This document shows positions 44,882-55,221 of a DNA stretch of 64,000 nt, piece after piece. This stretch comes from an uncultured Candidatus Saccharibacteria bacterium. GTDB lineage: Bacteria; Patescibacteriota; Minisyncoccia; UBA6257. The DNA lies in the NCBI GenBank assembly GCA_964618625.1, contig CAZUBI010000001.1, forward strand, positions 164,781 to 228,780, read 5' to 3'. The position numbers and the translations under genes are program-made. The number at the start of each line of letters is the position of its first letter. Positions within the stretch are counted from its first letter, which is position 1. The notes below the pieces were generated by a model that was not told the DNA's origin, made no database searches, and was given only the letters and a program-made list of their open reading frames with translations.

Positions 44882-47800
44882 TTATATTTTAAAGGTGGAA
44901 CGTTCTTTAAATTCTTCCTGTTTTCCTTTATGCCATTGTTGTACAGGACGCAAATATCCGACAACTCTGGAATAAACCTCACAAGGCTGTTCTATTGTAC
45001 ATTTTGGACAAATAAAATGTTCCCCTGCTATATATCCATGAATAGGGCAGACAGAAAAAGTAGGCGTAAGAGTAAAATATGGCAAACGGAATTTTTCAAA
45101 AACAATTTTAATTAAAGATTTTACTGATTCAGAATCAGACACTGCTTCTCCTAGGAAAGAATGAAATACCGTATTATGAATAAATACTAAAGTATTTTTA
45201 CCAGCTAAATAATTATGATTTTTTTGAGTGGTCAAATCATAAAATTGATTATCTTTCACATCAACTTTTGAAATTTTCTTTACTCTGATTACGGGTAAAA
45301 ATCTTTTCTTTCTATTAGAAAACTTATTGTTAATTCTTTCTTTATTAACAGTGTTTTTTAATTGATCTTTTATTTTAATCATCTCGTATTGTGGTATTCG
45401 AATCCGCCAAATATCCACCTCATTTTTTCTTTTATTTTTCTTCCTTGTCTTACCGACCATAATTCCAGCGATTGAGCAAATCTCTAAAATATCATCAGCT
45501 AACCCCTCGGAAACAGTATAATATTCGAAAAACCCATCTCTTTTATCAATATGACCATCGCTATCCATTAACCCTGATAAAAGTGAATAAAAATTCTCTT
45601 TTCTAATGTTCGCTTTTACTATTTCAGGAATTCTTATTATATAAGTTTTTTCTCCAAAAGAAAATCCATATTTAAAGAAAAACTGCCAAACAGCTTTTTT
45701 AGACGTTGAAACACATCTCAATAATTTACTCCTTTTATCATTTTGTATTACATTCACATGACAATTAAAATATTTATTAAGAATATTCTTTATTTTGCTT
45801 AGTGCTACTCGATGTTCGGAAAAAAAACGCACTACAAATTTTTCAATCTGATTTCCTCCTCGATTATCAAAAAACTGAGAGATGGAACCATCGCCAATAA
45901 AAAATCCAATTAACCACATTAAATTATTATCTAGCCTAGATGATTTTTCTAAATAAAGATTGAAAGAGTTTTGTAAAATATAATCACTTTTCTTCAGCTC
46001 ATCTGCTCTTTTTTCTATTACTCTATATTTTGACATTTTTGAATACTTCAATCGACATTGTGCATGATGCTTTAAATGAACAGCAAAACCTTTAATATTG
46101 CTTACCTTTTCTTGACAAATAGGACAACAAGAATCAGGTTTTATCTTTTCCAAAACAAAAAATGGATGCCAATCAGAAGTAGTAATATCCATTCCCTTCT
46201 CTCCCTTTATCCTAATTTTATTCTTTTTTTTAACATTAATTTTAAAAACATCAACAATTGCGTCCCATTCGCTAACGCCTTTCTTTAAATTGTAGCTTAA
46301 AGCTTTAATGGGTTTTAATTTTTCAAAATTCTCTACTATTTCTTCTATTTTAATCAAACCTTTATTAGTCAAAACTTTATTCCCTTTCTCAATACATCCA
46401 CCTGTATATTTTGTTTGTAAAGAATCCTGTAATTTTAAAGCTTCAAATAAATCATCTGTGTAATTTACAGGTAGTTGGGTGGAATTAGTATAATAAGGCT
46501 CTTTTCCCCCTGCAGTAATAATATCAGGATATTTTTTCTTATCTTTTAGCGCCAAACGATAAGAAGTTCCTTCGGCAGGAGTAGCCTCTAAATTATATAG
46601 ATTTCCGGTTTCTTCCTGATACTCTACCAACCTATCACGCATAAAATCTAATACTTCTAAAGCAAATTTAACTCCTTTTTTATTACCTAAATTTATTCCC
46701 AAAAAATTAAGAAGCGCTTCATTCATGCCAATCAATCCAATGGTGGAAAAATGATTGCCCCAATAACAACTTCTCATCTTCTTCACTCCGTTTAAATAAT
46801 ATTTTGCATAAGGATAAAGCCCTTTATCTGTCCAATCTTCCAAAACCTTTCTTTTTATTTCCAAGCTTATTTTAGCTAAATTCATTATATGCGCTAATTT
46901 TTGGAAAAATTCTTTTTTTGTTTTGGATAAATAAGCCAAACGAGGCATATTAATCGTTGCCACGCCAATACTCCCTGTGAGCGGAGCTGCTCCAAACAAT
47001 CCTCCTCCACGTTTATAAAGTTCTCTATTATCCAACCTAAGTCGACAGCACATTGAACGCGAATCTTCTGGACTCATATCAGAATTGATAAAATTTGAAA
47101 AATATGGAATTCCGTACTTTGCCGTCATTTTCCAAATTCCATCATAAACTGGATTATTCCAGTCAAAATCTTTAGTAATGTTATAAGTAGGAATAGGGAA
47201 GGTAAAAACTCTTCCACTCGCATCACCATCTACATAAACCTCGCAAAACGCCTGATTAAGCATATCCATTTCTTCTTGAAACTCTTTGTAAGTTTCTTTT
47301 TGATGCTCACCACCAATTATCACAGGCAACTCTTTAAAATGACTTGGAACTTTTAAATCCAAAGTAAGATTTTCAAAAGGGGTTTGAAAGCCTACTCTTG
47401 TAGGGATATTACAATTAAAAAGAAATTCCTGCAAAGATTGTTTTACCTCATTATAGGTTAAATTATCATAACGAATAAAAGGCGCTAATAAAGTATCAAA
47501 ATTAGAAAAAGCCTGGGCCCCGGCTCCTTCTCCTTGTAATGTATAGAAAAAATTAACTACTTGACCTAAAGCAGAACGAAAATGTTTTGCAGGTTTTGAT
47601 TGAATTTTACCAAAAACTCCACCAAATCCTTTTAAAAGAAGATCATATAAATCCCAGCCACAACAATAAGTGGCTAAAATATCTAAATTATGAATATGAA
47701 AATCTCCGCTTTCAGTTGCTTCCCTGACTTCTGGCGGATAAATTTTTCTCAACCAGTATTTTTTTGCCACATAAGCAGCAACATAATGATTTAATCCCTG

Positions 47801-48217
47801 CAAAGAAAAGGCCATATTGCTATTTTCTTTTACCTCCCAATCTTTCTCCTTTAAATATTCATCTACTAAGCTTATTGCTTCTTCAGAAATGATACGGCTT
47901 TCCCTTAATTTTTTTCGCTGTTCACGATATAAGATATAGGCTTTTGATGTCTCCACTAAATTCTCTAAAATTAGAACCTCTTCAACAATATCCTGAATCT
48001 GCTCTACGGTAGGAATTTCATCTTTTTTAAATCTTCTGTTTAAAATTTTTATCACGCGAGCGCATAATTGCCGCGATAAAACTTTGCCACCTTCATCAGT
48101 GGCTGTTAAAGCTTTATAAATAACTTCTTCAATCTTCTTTTTATCAAAAAGAACAATATCCCCTGTTCTTTTTTTTACTTGCTTTATATGATTATGAAAT
48201 TTTCTTTTTGGGGACAT
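44882..48217 (-). CDS. nrdD: anaerobic ribonucleoside-triphosphate reductase (class III) containing an intein
   Basis: 1111 aa; ATP-cone N-terminus, glycyl-radical motif RVVGYLRP, C-terminal Zn ribbon CPIHGY..CPKC; ~408-aa insertion carrying intein and LAGLIDADG motifs. Confidence 0.85.
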   Translation of the reverse strand: MSPKRKFHNHIKQVKKRTGDIVLFDKKKIEEVIYKALTATDEGGKVLSRQLCARVIKILNRRFKKDEIPTVEQIQDIVEEVLILENLVETSKAYILYREQRKKLRESRIISEEAISLVDEYLKEKDWEVKENSNMAFSLQGLNHYVAAYVAKKYWLRKIYPPEVREATESGDFHIHNLDILATYCCGWDLYDLLLKGFGGVFGKIQSKPAKHFRSALGQVVNFFYTLQGEGAGAQAFSNFDTLLAPFIRYDNLTYNEVKQSLQEFLFNCNIPTRVGFQTPFENLTLDLKVPSHFKELPVIIGGEHQKETYKEFQEEMDMLNQAFCEVYVDGDASGRVFTFPIPTYNITKDFDWNNPVYDGIWKMTAKYGIPYFSNFINSDMSPEDSRSMCCRLRLDNRELYKRGGGLFGAAPLTGSIGVATINMPRLAYLSKTKKEFFQKLAHIMNLAKISLEIKRKVLEDWTDKGLYPYAKYYLNGVKKMRSCYWGNHFSTIGLIGMNEALLNFLGINLGNKKGVKFALEVLDFMRDRLVEYQEETGNLYNLEATPAEGTSYRLALKDKKKYPDIITAGGKEPYYTNSTQLPVNYTDDLFEALKLQDSLQTKYTGGCIEKGNKVLTNKGLIKIEEIVENFEKLKPIKALSYNLKKGVSEWDAIVDVFKINVKKKNKIRIKGEKGMDITTSDWHPFFVLEKIKPDSCCPICQEKVSNIKGFAVHLKHHAQCRLKYSKMSKYRVIEKRADELKKSDYILQNSFNLYLEKSSRLDNNLMWLIGFFIGDGSISQFFDNRGGNQIEKFVVRFFSEHRVALSKIKNILNKYFNCHVNVIQNDKRSKLLRCVSTSKKAVWQFFFKYGFSFGEKTYIIRIPEIVKANIRKENFYSLLSGLMDSDGHIDKRDGFFEYYTVSEGLADDILEICSIAGIMVGKTRKKNKRKNEVDIWRIRIPQYEMIKIKDQLKNTVNKERINNKFSNRKKRFLPVIRVKKISKVDVKDNQFYDLTTQKNHNYLAGKNTLVFIHNTVFHSFLGEAVSDSESVKSLIKIVFEKFRLPYFTLTPTFSVCPIHGYIAGEHFICPKCTIEQPCEVYSRVVGYLRPVQQWHKGKQEEFKERSTFKI
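45173..46396 (-). mobile_element. intein with LAGLIDADG homing endonuclease inside nrdD
   Basis: Begins at Cys 608 (TGG|CIEKGNKV), ends VFIHN|T; LIGFFIGDGSIS and LSGLMDSDGHI LAGLIDADG blocks; coordinates computed from residue positions. Confidence 0.7.
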
Positions 48218-48356
48218 ACAAATATAATTTTTAATTTTATAATTTTTAATTTTTGAGTCTATACAAGAATTGTTTAAAAATTAAAAAATAAGCAATTAAT
48301 AATAATTGGGATTGCCGCACTCGCCTGTTGGCTCGTTCGCAATGACAAAATATTTA

Positions 48357-49586
48357 TTATTCTTCTTCGTCGTCTTTTTTGTTCTTTCTTCGGAGAAAAG
48401 CGGGAATCTCAAATTCTTTTGCTTTTTCTTCTTTTTTTTCTTCTTCGTTCACAGGAATTTTTATTTCTAATGGTAAAACGCGACTAGTTTCTCTAAATTC
48501 TTCTCCAAAACCTCCAGCTACAACTGTAACTTTTATTTCTCCTTTTCTAAGATCATTATCAAAACTAGCGCCGAAAACCACCTGTGCATCTTTTGCTATA
48601 GATTCAGTAATAACTCGAGCCGCGTCATGAATTTCCACTAATGACATATCTTTCCCGCCAGCCACATTAAACAGAACACGTCTTGCCCCATCTATAGAAA
48701 TATCTAATAAAGGTGAGGAAATAGCTAATTGAGCCGCTTTTTTCGCCCGTTCCTGCCCTTTTGATTTTCCTATTCCCAATAAAGTACTTCCGGCTTCAGT
48801 TAAAATTGCTCTTAAATTTGCAAAATCTAGATTAATTAAACCAGGATAAGCAATTAAATTAACCATTCCTTCCACTCCTTGCTTTAAAACATCGTCAACT
48901 TTAATAAAAGCGTCAAGAATCGGCGTCTTTTCATCAATAATATTAAAAATTCTATCATTAGGAATTGTCACCAAAGCGTCAACTTCATTAAAAAGCTTAC
49001 TCCATGCCTCCTCGGCAATTTCCAACCTTTTTTCTCCTTCAAAAACAAATGGCCTTGTTACTACCGCTATCACCAAAGCTCCTGATTGTTTTGCCAGATT
49101 TGCAACAACAGGCGAGCCGCCAGAACCAGTTCCTCCTCCCAAACCACATGTAAGAAATAGCATATCAGTCCCTTGGATTATCTGATTTATTTCTTCAATA
49201 TTTTCCTCTGCCGCTTCTCTTCCCCTTATTGGGTCCATTCCAGCCCCTAACCCGCGGCAAACTTCTTTTCCAATTTGTAATTTAATATCTGCCTTTGTAC
49301 TATGCAAACCTTGAACATCAGTATTAATAGTAATAAACTCTACTCCCTCAATTTTTTTCTCTTTCATCCTTGTCACTACATTTCCACCAGCTCCCCCTAT
49401 ACCAACTATTTTTACACAAATATTTTTAGTTAAAAACTTCTTCTTTTCTTTTTTCTCTGCTTTCTTCCTTATTGGCTTCGATCTTTGCTTTGGTTTCTCA
49501 ACCAATTTCTGTTTTGGTTTCTGTTTGTGTTTTAGCCTTTTATTCTGTTTTTTTTCTATTAGTACTCTTTTTTTTTGTTTTTTCAT
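48357..49586 (-). CDS. ftsZ: cell division protein FtsZ (with ~55-aa Lys-rich N-terminal extension)
   Basis: GGGTGSGG tubulin signature; VGIGGAGGN; N-terminal MKKQKKRVLIEKKQNKRLKHKQKPK.. extension before the GTPase core. Confidence 0.9.
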   Translation of the reverse strand: MKKQKKRVLIEKKQNKRLKHKQKPKQKLVEKPKQRSKPIRKKAEKKEKKKFLTKNICVKIVGIGGAGGNVVTRMKEKKIEGVEFITINTDVQGLHSTKADIKLQIGKEVCRGLGAGMDPIRGREAAEENIEEINQIIQGTDMLFLTCGLGGGTGSGGSPVVANLAKQSGALVIAVVTRPFVFEGEKRLEIAEEAWSKLFNEVDALVTIPNDRIFNIIDEKTPILDAFIKVDDVLKQGVEGMVNLIAYPGLINLDFANLRAILTEAGSTLLGIGKSKGQERAKKAAQLAISSPLLDISIDGARRVLFNVAGGKDMSLVEIHDAARVITESIAKDAQVVFGASFDNDLRKGEIKVTVVAGGFGEEFRETSRVLPLEIKIPVNEEEKKEEKAKEFEIPAFLRRKNKKDDEEE

Positions 49587-49635
49587 AAAATTATTGTAAT
49601 GCTACGCTGTCAGTTTAAAAGTTTAATGCTTAATA

Positions 49636-50844
49636 TTATAAACGGCCATTGAAAAAATTCCTAATTTTTTGAAAAATCTTATTTTCCATGGGAATCGGAC
49701 CATTTTCTGCTTGAAATTTCAAGTTAAGTAATCCCAATACAGGAATAAAAGATAAATCTGGGTTTTCTCTATACCATTCAATATCTGGATTAGCTAATCT
49801 TACAGGAAGTTTAAATTTTTCTTTTGCTAACTCAACAATAGAAGGCATATTAGCCCCACCGCCATAAAGAACCACACCGCCAGGAAGTTTTCCAAAGCGA
49901 TCAATTTCTTTTAATCTTTTTATTACTAAATCGAAAATTTCTGATAAGCGAGCTTCAATAATTTCCGCTAAAAATCTTCTACTTACTTTCTCGCTAGATT
50001 CAGTTTCTTCCAAGTAAATATTTAAATCTATATTCTCGTTCTTGCCAATTTTCTTTTTAATTGCCGCACCTTCATTAACTTTTATTTTTTCAGCAATATC
50101 AACATATGTTTTTAGTCCTACTGCAATATCATTTGTAATATTGTCCCCTCCCATTGAAAACACCTGCAAATCCAAAATCTCATCATTTTCATAAACACAA
50201 GCGCTAGTAGTCCCAGCGCCTAAATCCAGAGCTATTACCCCTAAATCTTTATCCTGGTCAGTAAGAACAATTTCTGCGCCTGCAAATGGTAAAATAATTT
50301 TTGGATCAAGCCTTAAGCCAATTATTTCGCCTAAACGATTAATATAACTAATATTAGGGCTGAAAGCATCAATCAAAAGGCACTCGGTCTCAATTTTTAA
50401 TCCTTTCATTCCTACTGGATCTTTTACTTTTGTCACTCCGTCAACAATGTAGCTTCTTGAAACAGTTTGAACTAATGTTCTGTTAGATGGAAGAGCAAAA
50501 GCTTGGGCAGCTTTATCTGCTCTTTCTTTATCTTCCTCAGTAATCTCCTGATCTGGCCGTGAAACTACGGCCACACCCTTAGAAAGACGGGTTTTTATAT
50601 TAGGGCCTCCTATGCCTATAATGGATTCTTTAAAATGAACATTCTTTAGCATTCCTTCTATTTCTGCCACCAAATTATCCAATTCCTCAGCTGTTCCTTC
50701 TATATCCACAATTTCTCCTTTTTTAATGCCGCGAGATTTTCTATGGGCAGGCAAAACAACGCTCCAATTGTCAGAATCTTCCTTTCCAACTAAAGCTTTC
50801 ATATTAGACGTGCCTAAATCTATTGCTAAAATATGAGAACGCAT
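49636..50844 (-). CDS. ftsA: cell division protein FtsA
   Basis: 402 aa actin-like ATPase; ILAIDLGTSN phosphate-1 motif; immediately upstream of ftsZ. Confidence 0.85.
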   Translation of the reverse strand: MRSHILAIDLGTSNMKALVGKEDSDNWSVVLPAHRKSRGIKKGEIVDIEGTAEELDNLVAEIEGMLKNVHFKESIIGIGGPNIKTRLSKGVAVVSRPDQEITEEDKERADKAAQAFALPSNRTLVQTVSRSYIVDGVTKVKDPVGMKGLKIETECLLIDAFSPNISYINRLGEIIGLRLDPKIILPFAGAEIVLTDQDKDLGVIALDLGAGTTSACVYENDEILDLQVFSMGGDNITNDIAVGLKTYVDIAEKIKVNEGAAIKKKIGKNENIDLNIYLEETESSEKVSRRFLAEIIEARLSEIFDLVIKRLKEIDRFGKLPGGVVLYGGGANMPSIVELAKEKFKLPVRLANPDIEWYRENPDLSFIPVLGLLNLKFQAENGPIPMENKIFQKIRNFFNGRL

Positions 50845-50874
50845 ATTTGTGATTTACCAATTACCAATTATTAA

Positions 50875-51330
50875 TTACCCATTAATTGCTTGCAGAATTT
50901 TATTTTCTAAACTTTCCATTTTCAACTTGTTCTCCTTTTTATCATGGGTATACCCATAAAGATGCAATAGGCTATGGACTACTAATTTTTGATAAAAAGA
51001 ATCCAGGGATACATTGAATATTTTAACTTGTCTTTTTATTTCTTCAGGGCAAAGAAAAATATCCCCAAGTATTTTTTCTTTTTTTCCTAATTCTAGCGGA
51101 AGAGTTTCATTCAAGGAGAAAGAAAGAACAGCAGTCTCTTTATTTTTCCCTCGCCAATAATTATTTAACCGGCGAATATTTTGAGAATTGACAAAAATTA
51201 AAGATAAAACTATTCTTTTGTTTTCTTTTAGAACGATTAAGGCCTTCTCAATGATGCTGTAAAAGAATCTTTTAGAAGGGATATTTTGCCTATCTAAATT
51301 ATATATTAAAACTTCATGCTTGAAAACCAT
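50875..51330 (-). CDS. ybeY: rRNA maturation RNase YbeY
   Basis: 151 aa; HSLLHLYGYTHD (H-x3-H-x5-H). Confidence 0.85.
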   Translation of the reverse strand: MVFKHEVLIYNLDRQNIPSKRFFYSIIEKALIVLKENKRIVLSLIFVNSQNIRRLNNYWRGKNKETAVLSFSLNETLPLELGKKEKILGDIFLCPEEIKRQVKIFNVSLDSFYQKLVVHSLLHLYGYTHDKKENKLKMESLENKILQAING

Positions 51331-51339
51331 CGTTTTATG

Positions 51340-51555
51340 TTAAAGAATCCCCTTTTTTCTCTTAATAGCTACTTCTTTAAGAACTTTTATTTTATGAAGA
51401 GCTGATAATTTTTGGCTTCTTTTAGTCGGTTTAGGATGGTAATATTTTCTTTTTCGAGCTTCCAAAAGCACACCACTTTTTTTTATAATCTTAAAGGCTC
51501 GGCCGAGAAAAGAACTCTGATTTTCTCCTTGTCTTCTTTTTACTGTAATAGGCAT
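51340..51555 (-). CDS. rpsU: 30S ribosomal protein S21
   Basis: 71 aa basic; MPITVKRRQGE..ARKRKYYHPKPTKRSQK pattern. Confidence 0.75.
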   Translation of the reverse strand: MPITVKRRQGENQSSFLGRAFKIIKKSGVLLEARKRKYYHPKPTKRSQKLSALHKIKVLKEVAIKRKKGIL

Positions 51556-51568
51556 AATCTATGAATTG

Positions 51569-52903
51569 CTAAATTGTTAAATTGTTAGTTGTTATTTGCT
51601 TTTTGCTTTTTGTTTTTTGTTTCTTTAATCGCTTTTTAACTTCATTAATTATCTTTTCCAGAGGAATTAATTCTTGCAGGCCTGAATCCATATCTTTCAA
51701 AATTATCATACCATTTAAAACCTCCTCCTGTCCAAGTATAAGAACATAGTCTACATTTAATTTATTGGCGGCTGTTAATTGAGCCCTTAAACTCTCTTTT
51801 CCTAAATTCTCCCCAAGAAAAATATTTTCTTTACGAAATTGCTCTAAAAGCTTAAAAGATTGTCTTTTTGCCGCATCCCCTATTTGCACCAAAAATATTT
51901 TTGGTTTTGGCAAAACTAATTCTTTGCCTTTTTCTATCAACTCATTCATCAATCTTTCAACGCCAAAAGCAACGCCAACAGCCGGTTTATATGTTCCGCC
52001 TAAAGATTTTACCAATTTATCATATCTTCCACCGCCAGCTAAAGCAATCCTTTTTATTTCGTTGCCAAGAAAAAATTCAAAAACAGTTCTCGTATAATAA
52101 TCAAGCCCCCGAACTAATGTTTTATCCAGTATGTAAGAAACGCCTAAATAATCCAATAGTTCTAAAATATCTTTAAAATGGCTATGACATTCTGAACAAA
52201 GGTAATCTAAAAAAGTTGGAGCGCCATTTTTAATAGATAAACATTCCTCATTTTTACAATCTAAAACCCTTAAAGGATTTTCTTTTATGCGCCTTCGGCA
52301 ATCAGCACAAATTTGCTTAATATATTTTCTATAATATCTTTTTAATTCTTTTATATAAACAGGCCTACATTCAGAACAGCCAATACTATTAAGAGATAAA
52401 CAAATATTCTTTTGCTTAAATCCTAAGTTTTCCAAAAAGACTTTTGAAGCAATAATTATTTCTACATCAGTGGCTGGGGAACCTTCCCCAATTATCTCCG
52501 CTCCTAATTGATAGAATTGACGGTAGCGGCCGGCTTGGGGTTTTTCATGGCGAAAGAAGGGGCCAAAATAATAAAACTTGACTGGCTGAGGTAAATTAAA
52601 CATTCCTTTCTCTACATATGCCCTTACTACTGAAGCTGTTCCTTCTGGCCGAAGAGCCAATAATTCCTTATTTTCTTTGGCTCTCAAAATATACATCTCT
52701 TTTTCTACAATATCTGTTTTTTTGCCTATTCCTTTGGTAAATAATTCGGCTTTTTCTAATATGGGAGTTTCTATTCTTTGAAAACCGTAAAATTCGAAAA
52801 TCTTTTTAGCATTAGATAAAATATAATCATAATAAAGCCAATTTTTTGCCGAGATATCTTTCATCCCGCGGAGCGCTTGAAAAGACTTTCTTTTATAAAC
52901 CAT
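51569..52903 (-). CDS. hisS: histidine--tRNA ligase
   Basis: 444 aa; LRPEGTASVVRAY motif, GGGRYD motif 3 region. Confidence 0.9.
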   Translation of the reverse strand: MVYKRKSFQALRGMKDISAKNWLYYDYILSNAKKIFEFYGFQRIETPILEKAELFTKGIGKKTDIVEKEMYILRAKENKELLALRPEGTASVVRAYVEKGMFNLPQPVKFYYFGPFFRHEKPQAGRYRQFYQLGAEIIGEGSPATDVEIIIASKVFLENLGFKQKNICLSLNSIGCSECRPVYIKELKRYYRKYIKQICADCRRRIKENPLRVLDCKNEECLSIKNGAPTFLDYLCSECHSHFKDILELLDYLGVSYILDKTLVRGLDYYTRTVFEFFLGNEIKRIALAGGGRYDKLVKSLGGTYKPAVGVAFGVERLMNELIEKGKELVLPKPKIFLVQIGDAAKRQSFKLLEQFRKENIFLGENLGKESLRAQLTAANKLNVDYVLILGQEEVLNGMIILKDMDSGLQELIPLEKIINEVKKRLKKQKTKSKKQITTNNLTI

Positions 52904-53423
52904 AAGCCATTATTCTTTGTGAAGGCCAAAGCCGAAGCCATACCCGACCTATTACCAATTTTTCATCCAACGGCCCCCAATTACGTGAATCATAAGAAGC
53001 CAAACGATTATCGCCTAAAACAAAAAGTTCGTTTTCTCCAAGGATTAACTCAAGATTGCCTGAGGTATTTGATGTCTCAGGTAAAAAATCTTCCTCTAAA
53101 GAGATTTGATCTCCAGAACTATCAAGTACAGTTATATTACCATCTTCTATAATTATTGTTTCCGTAGGCAAAGCAAGGATTCTTTTGATATAATATTGAT
53201 GTGGATGATTAGGGGCTTTAAAAACTATTACTTCATATCTTGTTGGCTGACGAAAGCGATACGACAATTCATCAATAATGAGATAATCCTGGGTATAGAA
53301 ATTTGGCTCCATACTACTGCCATGAACTATAAAAGGTTGAATTAAAAAATATCTTATAGGAGCGACTATAAGAATAGCGATAAAAATCATTTCTATATTT
53401 TCCCGAACAATTTTCTTCCACAT
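52893..53423 (-). CDS. lepB: signal peptidase I
   Basis: 176 aa; GSSMEPNF catalytic Ser box; GDNRLASYDSRNWGP box. Confidence 0.85.
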   Translation of the reverse strand: MWKKIVRENIEMIFIAILIVAPIRYFLIQPFIVHGSSMEPNFYTQDYLIIDELSYRFRQPTRYEVIVFKAPNHPHQYYIKRILALPTETIIIEDGNITVLDSSGDQISLEEDFLPETSNTSGNLELILGENELFVLGDNRLASYDSRNWGPLDEKLVIGRVWLRLWPSQRIMAYGL

Positions 53424-53540
53424 ATAAGAACCTCGTTTACAAGAACCTTGTTATTCGCCTTTGGCTCATAATTAGTAAAAACTATTGCTGATAATACCAT
53501 AATTGAACCATCAAAGCAAATATGTTAAATTATAGAAAGT

Positions 53541-54557
53541 ATGACGTTAATTAACAAAAAAACCATCACATTGGGGTTAATTATTGGCGGAATTGTATTT
53601 CTGTTCTTTTTATTTTATGGATTAAATGATTCAAAAGAATACTCTTTTTCTTATAATAATGATTCTATTGCGTTCTCAAAAAAAGAATTTCCAAAACCAG
53701 AAAATTCACCAATTAATATCCTTTTTTTAGGAATAGTAGGAGAAGGATCGCGAGGCGCTTTTCTTACCGACACCATTTTCGTCGCGAGTATTATCCCATC
53801 TAAAAAACAAATCTCAATGATTTCCCTGCCCCGAGATTTATGGGTAAAAATTCCAAGTGGCTCTACTGGCGTTAAGATTAATTCCCTTTATGAATTAGAA
53901 AATAAGGGAAAAAGATTTTCAAAAGCAGACTCTTATGAATTAATAAAAGAAAAAATGGAGGACATAACAGGATTACCTATGGATTATATTGTTATTCTTG
54001 ATTTAAAAGGATTTGAAAAATTAATTGACGCTTTGGGAGGAATAGATATTTGGCTGGAAAAAGATATAATAGATCCGAGTTTAGTAAATCCCCATAATCC
54101 TTCGGAAATTTTCCACCTTTCTGCTGGCTGGCGCCACTTAGACGGAGCATTAGTTATAAAATTTATTCGCACACGTTATGCCCCTAATGGCGATTTCTAT
54201 AGAATTAAGCATCAACAACAAATAATTGCCGCATTAAAAGATAAACTTACTAAATTAGCTGACATTTGGAATTTAATTACTTGGTTAAAGATTTGGCAGT
54301 CTTTAAGCGGGCATATTATTACTAACCTGGATTTTAATACAATATGGCAAATATTCCCTGTTGTAAAAGATATATCATCCAGCCAAATCCAATATCTCAG
54401 CATAACAAACAAGCCCCCTGATGAATTATTAATGACATCTACAATATATGACAATTTGGCTGATAAGGATATTTATATTCTTATACCAGCTAAAGGATTT
54501 GAAAATTATGAAGAAATAAATAATTATATTAAGGAAAAAATTTATTCACTCCGTTAG
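53541..54557 (+). CDS. LytR-CpsA-Psr (LCP) family cell-envelope transferase
   Basis: 338 aa; N-terminal TM; RGAFLTDTIFV (R-x-DT) and LPRDLWV blocks. Confidence 0.8.
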   Translation: MTLINKKTITLGLIIGGIVFLFFLFYGLNDSKEYSFSYNNDSIAFSKKEFPKPENSPINILFLGIVGEGSRGAFLTDTIFVASIIPSKKQISMISLPRDLWVKIPSGSTGVKINSLYELENKGKRFSKADSYELIKEKMEDITGLPMDYIVILDLKGFEKLIDALGGIDIWLEKDIIDPSLVNPHNPSEIFHLSAGWRHLDGALVIKFIRTRYAPNGDFYRIKHQQQIIAALKDKLTKLADIWNLITWLKIWQSLSGHIITNLDFNTIWQIFPVVKDISSSQIQYLSITNKPPDELLMTSTIYDNLADKDIYILIPAKGFENYEEINNYIKEKIYSLR

Positions 54558-54657
54558 AAGTTTGTCATACTTAAATATGTTAAAATCTAAACAATCACTT
54601 TATCTTATTAAACTTTCGCCAAAAAGACGATTCTGCCTTTTTGACCAATAACTATAT

Positions 54658-55221
54658 ATGCAAACTTCTAACGGGGTGAATAAAAACTATCTTCTCATTG
54701 GCTTAGGAAATCCTGATAAAAAATATGAAAAAAACCGACATAATATCGGTTCTGATTTTGTCATGTTTTTAGAAAAAGAATGGCGTGGTTCTGGTTGGAA
54801 AAAGAATAAAAAATGCTTTGCTGAAATAAGCTACGTTGAAAAAAAAGATAAAAAGATTATCTTAGCCAAACCATTGGTATTTATGAATAATTCAGGAAAA
54901 AGCGTGGTCCAGCTTAAAAGATTTTATAATGTACCGCTAAAAAATATATTCATTGCGCAAGATGATACTGATATAAACTTAGGAGATTTTAAAATAAGCT
55001 ATGATCGCGGATCAGCAGGACATAATGGCATTAAATCTATTATTAATTACCTCAAATCAAAAACTTTTTATAGAATAAGAATAGGCATTAGGCCTTCTTC
55101 CAAAAAAAGGGAAAAAGCCGATAAATTGGTTCTTAAAAATTTCACTCTGCAAGAAAATAAGATTTTAGAAAAACTTTTCCCAATCATATTGGAAGAGATA
55201 AATAACAAAACGGAAAATTAA
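54658..55221 (+). CDS. pth: peptidyl-tRNA hydrolase
   Basis: 187 aa; LIGLGNPDKKYEKNRHNIG signature. Confidence 0.85.
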   Translation: MQTSNGVNKNYLLIGLGNPDKKYEKNRHNIGSDFVMFLEKEWRGSGWKKNKKCFAEISYVEKKDKKIILAKPLVFMNNSGKSVVQLKRFYNVPLKNIFIAQDDTDINLGDFKISYDRGSAGHNGIKSIINYLKSKTFYRIRIGIRPSSKKREKADKLVLKNFTLQENKILEKLFPIILEEINNKTEN

